DNA from: a virus
Taxonomy: Duplodnaviria; Caudoviricetes
Reading direction: 5' to 3' (one strand)
IMG/VR virus record: IMGVR_UViG_3300033067_001005
Location: 1 to 64,000 of that record
Length of the DNA stretch: 64,000 nt
Part shown: positions 44,775 to 55,438 of the stretch, one piece after another
Layout: the number at the start of each line of letters is the position of its first letter
How positions within the stretch are numbered: the stretch's first letter is position 1
The notes under the pieces: generated by a model
Told to the model about the DNA's origin: nothing
Database searches by the model: none
The model's input: the letters and a program-made list of their open reading frames with translations, nothing else
Program-made: the position numbers and the translations under genes

Positions 44775-46958
44775 GTGACTGCTCCCGTCAATAAGCCTTA
44801 CCTGTACGCCAGCACGCCGGAGAACGGCGAGCAGAACGTAGCCTTCGCTGTAACCCCAGTAGTCGTGGATATAGACTGCTCTACTACTGTCAGCAACGCC
44901 TCTGTGAAGGTGTGGTTCAATGGCGTTCTGGCGTACGACGCTGCTGGAGCGGGCTTTCAGGCGGGGTACACAGGCTCCGTGGCTACTGTAGGAACGAGGC
45001 GCGTCGTTACGTTCGCCACTCACCCTGTCTTCACGGTGAAAGACGTTGTGATTACTGCGTTCGCCTACAACGCGGCCGTTACAGCCTACTCCTACATGTC
45101 CTTTTCGTTCTCTACTCTGGTGGGGGCTATCAGCAGCCTAACTGCTAAGACGTTTTGCGAGGGCAAGCAGATTGACCTGGCGTGGGTAAACCCTGCTGGC
45201 ATCACTAGAGTGAAGATTCGTAGAAGCGCCTGGGCTTACGCGCTCTACGATAGCGATGAAGGCGACACCATCTATGACGGTGCTGTGAAGGCCTCTCACA
45301 GTGATACTGGCCTCGCTGAGGGGAAATTCTACTACTACACCGTCTTGTTTTCCTACTCTCCGGGTCCTAGCTACGTCTGGAACGCGGATGACAACAGCTT
45401 CGTAGAGGGGCTGTCTATCAAGGATTACAACAAGGCTGAGGGTGACTACGTCTACAACCTACTTCCTGACAACTACCGAAAGGCTGACCAGGAAGAGGCC
45501 AGAGGTACCCAGCGCTACAAGCTGCGCGATTACTGCACTGTAATCCAATGCAGCGTCAACCTTTACCGGGGTTGGCTAGAAGCATTGCTTCTGCTCCGTG
45601 ACGCGGAAAACATGCCGGCCGGACGCCTAGGAGAGGCAGAGAACCAGAAGGGTCTAATCTCTGCTCACCTAGCCATGTTCGGCGTCACTCCTGAGCAGAG
45701 CTTCGACGCTGGAGTGCTGCGCCGCCTAGCAATGGGCATCGCTGTAGCCAACAAGCAGAAGGGCACCTGTAACGGGCTGGTAACCCTGGGAAAGCTGTTC
45801 ACTGGATGGGATGCCACTTGTAAAGAGCTGGTTGACCCGTCTTGCGGCGTAAACCGATTCGTTGTTTCGTGGGACAAAGAGTCTTACATTCTAATCGGAA
45901 AGAACATCGCCAAGACGCCGACGTACACACCCGTCGGATGGGTTGTAGAGGTTGGGGCTAACTACCTAGACGTGCCTACAGCCACCAGCCTTTACAAGGC
46001 AGATGGCATCACAGCGGCGACAGCCCCTCCTGACACGTCCTCCTCTGACCAAACCGTGGCTATGGTCATCGATGAGATGGGCTCTTGGTGCTGCGTCAGC
46101 GATGTGACCACTTCCGCCGGGAAGACTCGGATAACCTTCAGTAATGGGCTTCCCAGAGCTGAGATTACCGGAACTGGAACAGCAGCTGGTAGTGATTTCA
46201 CCATTACTGCCGTAGACCTCACTTCCTATCCCAAGCAGTTCCCTTCTCCGGCAGCTGAGCCTGTGTGGGGGACTAATGCCTGGGCAGGACACAAGATCAT
46301 CGACTCGGCCGGGACTATCAGAACGGTCGTAACAAGCGATGCCACAGACGCCATTACTGGAGACACAGTTCTCCACCTCTCTGGAGCTGTGGCATCTGGC
46401 GTATTCTCTTTGGCCTTTGACTTCGACCCTGCTGGTGTGACGTTCGCCACCAGAAAGCCGATTCTAAAGGCTAGGCTGTACATCGGGGAGTTCTCTCCTG
46501 TGTACGATCCACGCTGGGACACGCGCCTGTTGAGCGACTTCTACGCTGGACCATGGTCCACTCTGACGGGCTTTGGAGCGCCTACTAGCTTCGGCTGGGC
46601 TCCCACTCCAAAGGACGTGGTGCTGACCTTCTCCCAGGGCTACTCCGACTATGGCTCTGTGACTCGAGTCGCGGCCAACGAATTGGAGGACTACACCAAG
46701 GCTTGGACCACTAACCAGTGGCTGGGCTACTATGTAAACCCCAACTGGGAGCAGAAGAAGCTCTTCAAAGTCATCTATAATGATGCCACGCACTTGTACC
46801 TGGACATGAAGACGGGTACAGACCTCAGCTCGTTCTCCGGCACTAAGGCGTCTTACGTCATCCTGTCCCCGGAGAACGCTGCTCGCTACGCACAGTTCAT
46901 GCGGCTAATGCCCACGTTCTGTATGTTCGAGGCTAGACCCGTTGTGAAGTTCCTATAG
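44775..46958 (+). CDS. Baseplate wedge / fibre-attachment protein with Ig and FN3 domains
   Basis: HSDTGL.EG..YYYTV FN3 motif; Y.LLP..YR and KGT..GL baseplate-I-like motifs. Confidence 0.65.
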   Translation: MTAPVNKPYLYASTPENGEQNVAFAVTPVVVDIDCSTTVSNASVKVWFNGVLAYDAAGAGFQAGYTGSVATVGTRRVVTFATHPVFTVKDVVITAFAYNAAVTAYSYMSFSFSTLVGAISSLTAKTFCEGKQIDLAWVNPAGITRVKIRRSAWAYALYDSDEGDTIYDGAVKASHSDTGLAEGKFYYYTVLFSYSPGPSYVWNADDNSFVEGLSIKDYNKAEGDYVYNLLPDNYRKADQEEARGTQRYKLRDYCTVIQCSVNLYRGWLEALLLLRDAENMPAGRLGEAENQKGLISAHLAMFGVTPEQSFDAGVLRRLAMGIAVANKQKGTCNGLVTLGKLFTGWDATCKELVDPSCGVNRFVVSWDKESYILIGKNIAKTPTYTPVGWVVEVGANYLDVPTATSLYKADGITAATAPPDTSSSDQTVAMVIDEMGSWCCVSDVTTSAGKTRITFSNGLPRAEITGTGTAAGSDFTITAVDLTSYPKQFPSPAAEPVWGTNAWAGHKIIDSAGTIRTVVTSDATDAITGDTVLHLSGAVASGVFSLAFDFDPAGVTFATRKPILKARLYIGEFSPVYDPRWDTRLLSDFYAGPWSTLTGFGAPTSFGWAPTPKDVVLTFSQGYSDYGSVTRVAANELEDYTKAWTTNQWLGYYVNPNWEQKKLFKVIYNDATHLYLDMKTGTDLSSFSGTKASYVILSPENAARYAQFMRLMPTFCMFEARPVVKFL

Positions 46959-46966
46959 GAGATGAC

Positions 46967-49900
46967 ATGCGCACTACCAGAGACTCGTTCACGGACTCTA
47001 AGAACCGCAAGCTAGTAATTCACCAGCTTGGCACCCCTCCTGTCGACGCGGACATGAACGAGGGCCAGAAGATTGGCGCAGTAGACGAAGCCGAGACGAC
47101 CAACGCCATCCTGGCGGGGAGCATCAGAGCTACTGACGTGGCTAGTAGCCTGCGCCCTGTCTACGCGGCGGGAACTGGCTTCCGACCGTATGCCTCTGGT
47201 ACGGCTAAGATTTTCCTGACCAAGGGCTCGTGCTGGATCGAAGGCTTTAGAGTCACGCTAGATTCTGACCTGGACCTAACGGCTGCTGGCCTGTCCTTTC
47301 CTGTAGTTGGTGGCTCGGACATCTACGGCTACATCTACGCCGACGTGACGTGGGCAGAGGTAGACAGCGCAGGAGACGCCTCTATTGCTGTTCCGCAGCT
47401 GGGCGAAACTGCGCGGCGCATTGCCATGTCTATCACCTACCATAAGGCGGAAAGCACGGTCAGCTATGCTGCGGCCGTGTCAGGCATTGCTGCTCTTCCA
47501 GTGGTGACCGACCCCAGAATCTGGAAGGGGAACACTGCCCGTGTGTTCTTCTGCAAGTACTACAGAGCGGCAGCTTCCACTAACATCAACTCGGGGGATG
47601 TGCTGGACCTACGTCACCCTGTTTCGGGTGAGAACCGTCAGACATTCATCAAGACTCTAAGACCGTCTGGATCGGCTTCTGGCAGCTCTGATGAGGGTTC
47701 CGGCGAAGCTGACAGCATGATCGTATGGAACCTAGACAACTCCAAGCTAGTCATCGGAAAGCGCACTGACAACGCTAATCCTGAAGACCACATGACTGGT
47801 CTTTACGTGAAGAGCGCCGAAGGACCTAAGCACTACGTCGCTTCTAATCCAGGGCAGGTTTGGGCTTCTACAGGGGCAGGAACCACTGATGGTAGCCCCG
47901 TAGTTCTTGTGCCTGGAGATGGCTGGGCTCTAGCAGAAGACCAGGCTCTTGGCTGGCTAACGCAACAAGGTGCGGCAGGCGGCTCAGGAAGGCTGGCTAA
48001 AGACACCGTGGCTGGCTCTTGGGTATTCGATCAGACTCCAGCCCCCACGTCGCCTACCTTCGGTCCATTCTTCACGGAGAAGCTGTCTGTTGCTGCTCTA
48101 ACGTCCTTCAATAAGGACCCTGGCAGCTTCATTCTCTGCTACCGCAAAGGACCGGACCTAATCTGGTACAATGGGCAGGTAACTAGAGGCTACGCTGGAA
48201 CACCCTCGTTCGAGGAGCTGGGAGCCACTCCATCTGTCTACACAGCTATCGTCGGCACTACTGGTAACGCTAACCACCTGGCGTACCAAGACGGCGTAGA
48301 GCGCGCGCTAGCCATCCCCATGACCGGGCAAGGCGATGGTGCTGTTGGGGCTTCTAAGACGCTGCGTTACCACGTAAGACGTGGCTCGTGGATCTTCACT
48401 AGAAAGATTCGCAAGTTCGGAACCATCGGCAGCGGCGGAACGACCTACTCATACCTGAACACCAAGTCCAACATCATCGTGGAGGGAGATGGCCCGTCCG
48501 TAACGGAGCTTTACTTCCAGAACACGGTGTCTGCCTCTAGAGCTGCTGCTGATCCGGCCATCTTGGTGATGGCAGCGGACCGCATCGAGTTGCGCGAACT
48601 ACGCCTTCGCCAGAATCAAGATGCTACCTATAAGGGTAGCTACTTCTATTTCGAGGGATACGAAGTCGTTCTAGAGAACTGCATCTTCTCTGGCCCTGTC
48701 GCTATCAAGGCGGCAAAGGTCAGAATCAAGAACTGCATCTTTGAAGGCTTTGGCGGCTCCGCTGTGCGTAACTTCGTGGCTGACTCCACAGGTAACCCGC
48801 TTGTGGCGCAGCACCTCTACCTGTCGACGCTGGCAGACAGCACGCAGCACGAATGGGAAGTAGACCACAACGTGTTTTTGATGACTAGTGACGCCGGCAC
48901 GCATGCTGGTGTCGTTGTAGAGCCAGACAGAGCTACCTCTCCTCTGACTCTAGACATGCATCATAATCACTTCGTCTACACGGCCACCTGCACTATTCCG
49001 TCTGTCCACATCAATGGCAAGTACGGAAAGCTGGACATCTACAAGAACCAGTTCCTGAACGCTCGTGGCAAGGGGAAGCCTGGCTATATCGCTCCGGCTG
49101 ACGGCACGGCACCATTCAATGGAAGCTCCTACGGTGGGAGCGTTCTAATCAAGGATGTCTCTAACAACCAAACCGTGGCTGCGGCCTACGTCAGCTGCAC
49201 CAAGGGTAGAGACCCGAGCAGCGCCATCGAAGTGCATCACAACTACTTCGACATGACCTACCTGGGGCAGACGGCTTCTGCTTTCACGGCCTGGGGTTGC
49301 TTCATCCACGCCTTCAACTCAATTACGGCGGCGGCGACCACCAGAATCCACAACGTCCACTTCGACGACAACGAAGTGAACATGAGCTGCTCTAACGGCT
49401 ACGGATGGCCTGGATCGCCCACTACCAAGGTGTGCGCCTGGGGCTTCGTGCTAATGCCTACCTACCAGGACGGCGTCGGACTCTCTGCCCTTAGAGTCTA
49501 TAACGTCACAGGCAACGGCAACTCGTTCGACCTCGGCGGAGAAGACGCAGCCAACCAGAAGTGGATTTGGCGTAGCATCCTAGGCGTCGACGTTGACACG
49601 TGGCCGGCTGACTCCGTGGGCCACTTCATGGACACTCCGTGCCTTCTTGGTGTATCTATGAGGGCGAGCACTGGCGCCTCTGCTTACACCAATACCAATA
49701 GAAGAGCGACTGGGGTCGTTTTCAACAATAACCGCATCTATACCCGCGCTCTAGACGGAAGCAGCGAGGCTCAGCGAGCCATCATCAGTCTGAATGACTC
49801 CGTCATGAACGACTATTGGCTAAGCTTCATCTGCGTAGAGCAGGGTCACTACTCGACGAACAGGACCGCCGCGACCGAGACCGGCGCCCCTCTGCGCATG

Positions 49901-50287
49901 TTCACGGGTGTGAAGGCTCCTGTGGCCATGGGGAACACGATCGAGGCTCCTGTCTACACCAGAGCGGGAACGATGACTGGTGACGTGGGGGCCGTCTACT
50001 TCGGCGGATGCTACCAGGCCAGAGGCAGCAACAATTTCATCGAACTCTACTGCATTGCCGGTGGTTCTCCCATCCGCATCCCCGGCATCTTTGATGATGG
50101 AGGTATTCGCTCTCTATTTGTGGGCAACAATGAAGCTTGCGGCTATGCCGTTGGCGGTGGCTCCTCTGGCTACTGCATCTCTAACCTGCTAGTTCACGGG
50201 CTCGCCGAAGGGCCTAACGGGAACTTCGGAAGCACTACCAAGCAGGCGCTAGAAACCGCCAGCACTGGTCACAACTTCGTTGCCTAG
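46967..50287 (+). CDS. Tail fibre/tailspike with putative right-handed beta-helix
   Basis: N-terminal QLG.P.VDAD.NE baseplate-binding motif; IIVEGDG, IELRELRL, V.LENCIF, VRIKNCIF and V..N.F repeats. Confidence 0.7.
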   Translation: MRTTRDSFTDSKNRKLVIHQLGTPPVDADMNEGQKIGAVDEAETTNAILAGSIRATDVASSLRPVYAAGTGFRPYASGTAKIFLTKGSCWIEGFRVTLDSDLDLTAAGLSFPVVGGSDIYGYIYADVTWAEVDSAGDASIAVPQLGETARRIAMSITYHKAESTVSYAAAVSGIAALPVVTDPRIWKGNTARVFFCKYYRAAASTNINSGDVLDLRHPVSGENRQTFIKTLRPSGSASGSSDEGSGEADSMIVWNLDNSKLVIGKRTDNANPEDHMTGLYVKSAEGPKHYVASNPGQVWASTGAGTTDGSPVVLVPGDGWALAEDQALGWLTQQGAAGGSGRLAKDTVAGSWVFDQTPAPTSPTFGPFFTEKLSVAALTSFNKDPGSFILCYRKGPDLIWYNGQVTRGYAGTPSFEELGATPSVYTAIVGTTGNANHLAYQDGVERALAIPMTGQGDGAVGASKTLRYHVRRGSWIFTRKIRKFGTIGSGGTTYSYLNTKSNIIVEGDGPSVTELYFQNTVSASRAAADPAILVMAADRIELRELRLRQNQDATYKGSYFYFEGYEVVLENCIFSGPVAIKAAKVRIKNCIFEGFGGSAVRNFVADSTGNPLVAQHLYLSTLADSTQHEWEVDHNVFLMTSDAGTHAGVVVEPDRATSPLTLDMHHNHFVYTATCTIPSVHINGKYGKLDIYKNQFLNARGKGKPGYIAPADGTAPFNGSSYGGSVLIKDVSNNQTVAAAYVSCTKGRDPSSAIEVHHNYFDMTYLGQTASAFTAWGCFIHAFNSITAAATTRIHNVHFDDNEVNMSCSNGYGWPGSPTTKVCAWGFVLMPTYQDGVGLSALRVYNVTGNGNSFDLGGEDAANQKWIWRSILGVDVDTWPADSVGHFMDTPCLLGVSMRASTGASAYTNTNRRATGVVFNNNRIYTRALDGSSEAQRAIISLNDSVMNDYWLSFICVEQGHYSTNRTAATETGAPLRMFTGVKAPVAMGNTIEAPVYTRAGTMTGDVGAVYFGGCYQARGSNNFIELYCIAGGSPIRIPGIFDDGGIRSLFVGNNEACGYAVGGGSSGYCISNLLVHGLAEGPNGNFGSTTKQALETASTGHNFVA

Positions 50288-50296
50288 GAGGCTGTA

Positions 50297-50650
50297 ATGG
50301 AACTCGAGCTACTGAAATCCCTCTTCTCTAAGAACTGGTGGCTTAGTGCTGCCATCGTCATCGGGCTCGTGATGCGCCTCCTAAAGGAAGACGTAAAGGG
50401 CCCGAGCATCCCCGCGAAGTATCGCCCACTGGCTGTCGTCGTTCTGGGCGCACTAGCTGGCGTGGTGAACGCCGTTCTAACCGGCCAACCCTGGCGGATG
50501 GCCTTCGCTCAAGGCTGCCAGGCAGCGGTCATCGCTATCGTGGGCCACTACTTCGGCGTAGACCTGCTTCTAAAGGGCAAGGAACTTCAGATTCCAGGCC
50601 TAATGGTGAAGCCGGAAGAGAAGAAGGAAGAGGACAAGCCCAATGTCTAA
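50297..50650 (+). CDS. Holin-like membrane protein
   Basis: Three hydrophobic helices and a charged C-terminal tail. Confidence 0.55.
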   Translation: MELELLKSLFSKNWWLSAAIVIGLVMRLLKEDVKGPSIPAKYRPLAVVVLGALAGVVNAVLTGQPWRMAFAQGCQAAVIAIVGHYFGVDLLLKGKELQIPGLMVKPEEKKEEDKPNV

Positions 50651-51053
50651 TACGACATACGACAAGTTCAAAGAGCAGATCCTAAAGGCCGGTATCAATC
50701 TAGAGACAGATGATATCCGGGCCGTGCTCATCGACACAGCACTGTACACCTTCAGCGCCGCTCACGAGTTCCTGTCGTCTGTAGCTGTTGGAGCGCGCAT
50801 CGGGACTCCCGTTGCTCTAACCACGAAGACGGTAACTAACGGCGTCTTCGACGCTGACGACCCTACCTTCACCTCTGTGCCGGCCACTTCGGTGGAAGCT
50901 CTGCTCATCTACAAACACACAGGTGTGGATGCCACGGCTCGTCTCATCTACTTCGTGGACACAGCGTCCGGACTTCCCTTCACCACTTCCGGCGGAAACG
51001 TCTCAGTGGCGTGGGATAACGGCGCTAACAAGATTTTCGCCCTCAGCGGTTGA
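50643..51053 (+). CDS. Conserved phage virion structural protein
   Basis: I...TDDIRAVL, GVFDADD.TF and LP.T..GGN..V.W motifs. Confidence 0.7.
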   Translation: MSNTTYDKFKEQILKAGINLETDDIRAVLIDTALYTFSAAHEFLSSVAVGARIGTPVALTTKTVTNGVFDADDPTFTSVPATSVEALLIYKHTGVDATARLIYFVDTASGLPFTTSGGNVSVAWDNGANKIFALSG

Positions 51054-51065
51054 ACGAGGCTCTAC

Positions 51066-51383
51066 ATGATCATGTCTCCTAATCAACGGATGCGTCTTCA
51101 CTGGGACGCTGACAAGGGTTGGATTCTGGACGTACCTATGGCACTGCCAGACTCTGCGCTACGTAAGGCGGTGGACTGGGCGCTACCCCACCAGAAGCAG
51201 CGTCTTCTGGGCCTACCTCTAGGGCCTAAGCGGGACGAGCTAGCGGCGGCAATCAAGCAGCTGTCCGAATATAAGGTCAACCAGCGCGTCATTGGCGCCC
51301 GCGGAGATACCAAGGGCGATCAGGTCTTCTTTGAGGCAACCGAGCGGGAGACAACTCGCTTCATCTCTGTAGGGAGTAACTAA
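51066..51383 (+). CDS. Hypothetical protein
   Basis: GAGG RBS; ORF track. Confidence 0.6.
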   Translation: MIMSPNQRMRLHWDADKGWILDVPMALPDSALRKAVDWALPHQKQRLLGLPLGPKRDELAAAIKQLSEYKVNQRVIGARGDTKGDQVFFEATERETTRFISVGSN

Positions 51384-51898
51384 TGGCTGCCACTTGGCGC
51401 GCAACTTCAGCAGCAATTACCTATGCTAATGCTAAGGACATGCTCAATGTCTTCAACGGTGCTGCGTCAGCAAAGATCATCAAGGTGTATCGCTGCTACT
51501 TCTTCAACAACGGCACTGGCGCTGTAACCGGCGTGCTCACCACGCTACAGGTTCGTCGCATCACGGCTGCGTCTGTTGGTACTGCTGTAACTCCTGTGAA
51601 GCACGACACGAACAGTGCCGCTCTAGACGCGAACACGACTTGCGGAACCAACCAGACCGTCACAGGTTCTGACATCTTCCGCCGTCTTGTCTGGTCTAAC
51701 GACGAGCCCACCGTCTCCGCGGCGACGCAAGATGAATGGGAGCTACTCGTTCCGTTCGCTGAAATCTGGAACGCCGGTTACGGAGACTCTAACATTGAAC
51801 CCATTACTTGTCGGACTACCCAGGGATGCGAAATCTTCCACTCTGGCTCTTCCGCAGTAGGCACTGCTGACGCAGAACTGGAGTTTACCAATGTCTAA
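51383..51898 (+). CDS. Putative virion beta-sandwich protein
   Basis: PVKHDTN, DIFRR and IEPI motifs recur in 52157..53332. Confidence 0.6.
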   Translation: MAATWRATSAAITYANAKDMLNVFNGAASAKIIKVYRCYFFNNGTGAVTGVLTTLQVRRITAASVGTAVTPVKHDTNSAALDANTTCGTNQTVTGSDIFRRLVWSNDEPTVSAATQDEWELLVPFAEIWNAGYGDSNIEPITCRTTQGCEIFHSGSSAVGTADAELEFTNV

Positions 51899-52154
51899 AG
51901 CTGAACTAACGGCCATGACTCCTGAGGAACGGACCACTGCACTCTTTGGTCTTCCAGGAAAGCGCGTTTCCGCCACCAATAGAGGAGGGGGCTATCCTGT
52001 AGAGAACGCCCCTGCTCCTGGACCTAGAGAAGGTGCTGTAGACCGTGTAGAACGAGACGGCACCATCTGGGTAGACTTCGGTGAAAAGCGCGCACTAGAC
52101 GGCGCAGCCTACGTAGAGAGCTTCAACTGGACTGAACTGGAATACCTGGAGTAA
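51891..52154 (+). CDS. Small hypothetical protein (SH3-like beta pattern)
   Basis: GGAG RBS; GAVDRVERDGTIWVDFG. Confidence 0.55.
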   Translation: MSKAELTAMTPEERTTALFGLPGKRVSATNRGGGYPVENAPAPGPREGAVDRVERDGTIWVDFGEKRALDGAAYVESFNWTELEYLE

Positions 52155-52156
52155 TC

Positions 52157-53332
52157 ATGCGCTTCTCGTACACCTACCACGCTCAAGCTGTAGATTCAGC
52201 CCCACTACAGGATGGTGTGGCTTGCGTGTACAATGGAATGTCTGATGGGCTTGTCGAGGTTCGCTCCGTCTACCTTTACCCTGCGGGAGGGGGCAACCCC
52301 GTTGTGGGCGTAGCGAACCTGGCAATTCAGCGTATTAGCGCCATGACTGCTGGAAGTGGCATAGCTGTGTCTCCTGTGAAGATGGACACTAACGCTAACG
52401 ATCCAGCTGATGTTGCTGTAGTATGTGCCCCAGACGCTGTTACACCTACTGACTTCTTCAGACGGTTGGCTGATTGCCCGGCGTTCTCAACCACTACAGC
52501 TAACGCTAGCTTGGCTAGCAAGGTGCTTAGCGGAGGGAACAAGTGGCAACCACTTTCCTCTTCAGACTTTTTCAGAGCTGTTCTTGGTACTGATATAGAG
52601 CCCATAATTCTAAGACCTAATGAAGGCTTCGCTCTTATGCAAACTGCCTGGGGTAAGCCCCATGCTATGCGTGTCGAGCTATTCCTTTGTAATACGGTCA
52701 CTGGCTCTACTTACGTTTACCGTTCTGCTAAAATAGGCACTACTAGAAGGCTGGACAAGGCCATCCTTGCAGTAATGAACACACATGCTTCTGATGTCTA
52801 TGAGGTGTGCTGCATTTCCGTGCCTGATGATGGAGACTCTAACCAGAACGTGCGCCTTCGCTTGCTGCTAATCGATGGTTACGAGGGAGGAGATGACACG
52901 GAAGTCTTCTCTAGACATGACACAGCTGTTCCTGTACCAGCTGGATTGAAGGCTGTGGCCGGCCCTTTCAGGGCTAAGCCAGCCGGAGAAAACTTTGGTG
53001 CTCCAATTGACTGGCACACCGGACAGCAGGCACTAGCGATGCCAATTGCCCAGCAGCACAAGATGGGTAGGCTTAGAAACAGGACGTTCGGCCCCCTTCC
53101 CTACTATGAAGGAGCCCCAAGTGCCTTCCCTATGGGGAAGAGCTTTCTACTGTTTGATGCTACTGGTGGGCAGGACGGCGGAATTATTCTGCGTCCTGGG
53201 CAGGGCCTAGCAATTGTCGTAGGCTCTGAAGGTAGCCTAGAGAACTCTACCTTCTCCTACTACGAAGCCTCATTTCACCTCTCCGTTTCCCCTCCAATGG
53301 TCTGTGCGCAAAGCAGCGCAGTGGGGTTGTGA
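52157..53332 (+). CDS. Putative virion protein with two copies of the 51383-type domain
   Basis: PVKMDTN/DFFRR/IEPIILRPNEG in the first half and RHDT/IILRPGQG in the second. Confidence 0.6.
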   Translation: MRFSYTYHAQAVDSAPLQDGVACVYNGMSDGLVEVRSVYLYPAGGGNPVVGVANLAIQRISAMTAGSGIAVSPVKMDTNANDPADVAVVCAPDAVTPTDFFRRLADCPAFSTTTANASLASKVLSGGNKWQPLSSSDFFRAVLGTDIEPIILRPNEGFALMQTAWGKPHAMRVELFLCNTVTGSTYVYRSAKIGTTRRLDKAILAVMNTHASDVYEVCCISVPDDGDSNQNVRLRLLLIDGYEGGDDTEVFSRHDTAVPVPAGLKAVAGPFRAKPAGENFGAPIDWHTGQQALAMPIAQQHKMGRLRNRTFGPLPYYEGAPSAFPMGKSFLLFDATGGQDGGIILRPGQGLAIVVGSEGSLENSTFSYYEASFHLSVSPPMVCAQSSAVGL

Positions 53333-53847
53333 TGCCGATTAGAAACAAGGCGTTCATTCTCTCGTTTCCGGCTGTTAGCTCCGTGTCCAGGCCAGACAGG
53401 TACACTGGCTACACGTTTTCGTCTGGCTCGGCCAAGATCAGCAAAGATGGAGGAGCTTTCAGTAACACGACCAACCTTCCAGTGGAGATTAGCGCGGGCC
53501 GCTACTCCCTGACGCTGACTGCTACAGAGATGAACGCTGACTTTGTTCACGTGTATGTAGAGTCGTCCGGCATAGACCCTGTAGACTTCCAGGTAGCCAC
53601 CTCTGGGCACCCTTCTGGCGCTGTTATCGCCTCCCCATCTCCTACCTCTACGGTCTTCGGAACAGACCGAACGGAGGCAACGACGGACTACTGGAAAGAC
53701 GCTCTAATCATGTTCACTTCCGGCGCGCTCGCCGGGCAGGTGAAGAAGGTGAGCGCGTATGATGGCACGACTAAAGCCGTCACCGTCAGCTCTGCGTTCA
53801 CAGCAGCACCAGCAAGTACGGATCGATTCATCCTCGTAAACCTGTGA
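53329..53847 (+). CDS. Putative virion structural protein
   Basis: ISKDGGAF, GRYSLTLTATEM..D and FTSGALAGQ..K...Y motifs common to phage tail-associated proteins. Confidence 0.65.
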   Translation: MMPIRNKAFILSFPAVSSVSRPDRYTGYTFSSGSAKISKDGGAFSNTTNLPVEISAGRYSLTLTATEMNADFVHVYVESSGIDPVDFQVATSGHPSGAVIASPSPTSTVFGTDRTEATTDYWKDALIMFTSGALAGQVKKVSAYDGTTKAVTVSSAFTAAPASTDRFILVNL

Positions 53848-53854
53848 GGACTCA

Positions 53855-54775
53855 ATGACTAGGCTGCTGTTTGACTTCTTCGACGTAGCTACGCCCGGGA
53901 CAGTCAGCCCCTCAAGCCTAGTCATCGTCATCAATAAGGGCTCTCCTGTCGTCTCAATGTCTGCGGCTGCAGCTGGCGCGACTGTGACGGTCAACAAAGG
54001 CTCCGTTCTCACCAATCTAATAGTGCTTCCCACTGGGAGCACCGTTCTAGTCAACAAAGGCACTGACAGCTTCTCCATGGGCATCTTGCCTACAGGAAAG
54101 ACTGTCACTGTCAGCAAGGGTGCAGCCGTCCTTACGCTGGCCCTGGCTGTAACAGGCAAGCAACTACCTTTCCAGCTAGGCGCAGACGTTTTCGGAATGA
54201 GAGTCCTTCCTGCTGGGAAGGCTCTCGTTTTCGGCTACGGAGCAGCAACGCTGACGCTGAAGGTGCTGCCCTCCGGGAACACTGTTTCTGCTTCTAAGGG
54301 CTCCTCTGTCATTGGTCTGACATTTCTGCCTTCTAGCCACTTCATTTCCGTAAACTATGGTGCTCCAGCAGAAAGCGGCACCATAAACGTTGCGGGAAAG
54401 CTGGTAACTGTATCCAAGGGAAGCCCTGTCTTCACCCTTGTGAGCGGAATCAGCGTTGTAGTAGCTGGGCACGCAATCACCGTCACAGGCGGAACGCCAA
54501 CGTTCATCAGCGGGATTACCAGCTGGGCTGTTCAGCCACAGGTAACCAGCACCTTTGCTTTCGCTACTGCTCCTGAGCAGCCAGGTGTTGTCAGCCTCTC
54601 TACTATGAGAACTGGGCTACCTATCATTCGAGACTTTGGCGTTGTGGCACAGGGCACCCAGCCAAGCCCGAGTCTTCCCGTTCTGTCTAATCCTAAGCAG
54701 CCGAGGGCCGCAATCGTGCTCGTTGCCCCGCAGAGACAATCCAAGCCCGTGTCAGCTACAGCAAAGAGGGTGTGA
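53855..54775 (+). CDS. Val/Thr/Gly-rich repeat protein (putative fibre/beta-repeat)
   Basis: About 21-aa repeats of the form P.G..V.V.KG. Confidence 0.6.
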   Translation: MTRLLFDFFDVATPGTVSPSSLVIVINKGSPVVSMSAAAAGATVTVNKGSVLTNLIVLPTGSTVLVNKGTDSFSMGILPTGKTVTVSKGAAVLTLALAVTGKQLPFQLGADVFGMRVLPAGKALVFGYGAATLTLKVLPSGNTVSASKGSSVIGLTFLPSSHFISVNYGAPAESGTINVAGKLVTVSKGSPVFTLVSGISVVVAGHAITVTGGTPTFISGITSWAVQPQVTSTFAFATAPEQPGVVSLSTMRTGLPIIRDFGVVAQGTQPSPSLPVLSNPKQPRAAIVLVAPQRQSKPVSATAKRV

Positions 54776-55425
54776 TGGGAATAACACTGAATTGGGGATT
54801 CGATCCTTCTACCGCTATCACCCAGTTCGTGCTCACCAAGAGCACCGACAAGGGAAAGAGCTACTCGGCTCTAACCACCATCGCCTTTGATGTGACTGGT
54901 GCAGCCTTCGACGCAAAGAAGGGTCTGTTCTTCTACACCGATGCAGCTGGAGCACCGGGCCACATCTACAAGTTGGTGGCGCAGGGAGCAGCTGGAGACA
55001 GCTCTCCGTCGTACATTGTCGCTCCGGCTGACGAGCCCACCACTTGCCTGGTGATTGGCTACATTAGAGATGGCTTCGGGGCCGTCAACGAGAACGTGAA
55101 GGTCAACGTCAGCTCGTATGGGAACGCTCAGGAATCGTGGGCGGACAACCCTAATGGGCTGATTGCTCAGAACCCGAGAAGTCTAGGCATCGTCGCGGGA
55201 GAGCGCACTGTCTACCCGGACTCCAATGGGATGTGGCAGGTAGAGCTAATCAAGAACACCAGGGCGCGCATCATCATCGAAGAGATGAACTTCGACTGGA
55301 CGTTCAAGGTGCCCAACGATTCTGGGCCTGTGAACATCACAGATATCCCTCAGTTGCGTGGACAGGAATTCCACGGAGCTAGAGCAGACGTCCGAGGTAA
55401 CGAGCCCCCTCCCGTTAGAGGCTAG
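54772..55425 (+). CDS. FN3/Ig-like virion protein
   Basis: ITLNW, YTDAAG...YKL FN3 pattern. Confidence 0.6.
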   Translation: MMGITLNWGFDPSTAITQFVLTKSTDKGKSYSALTTIAFDVTGAAFDAKKGLFFYTDAAGAPGHIYKLVAQGAAGDSSPSYIVAPADEPTTCLVIGYIRDGFGAVNENVKVNVSSYGNAQESWADNPNGLIAQNPRSLGIVAGERTVYPDSNGMWQVELIKNTRARIIIEEMNFDWTFKVPNDSGPVNITDIPQLRGQEFHGARADVRGNEPPPVRG

Positions 55426-55438
55426 CTCTTTACTTTTT

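Noticed and set aside
53855-53885. MTRLLFDFF/D as a fifth protease tag
   Set aside because: It lacks Leu at P4 and Thr at P2, so it does not fit the [FY]LxTF pattern of the other four.
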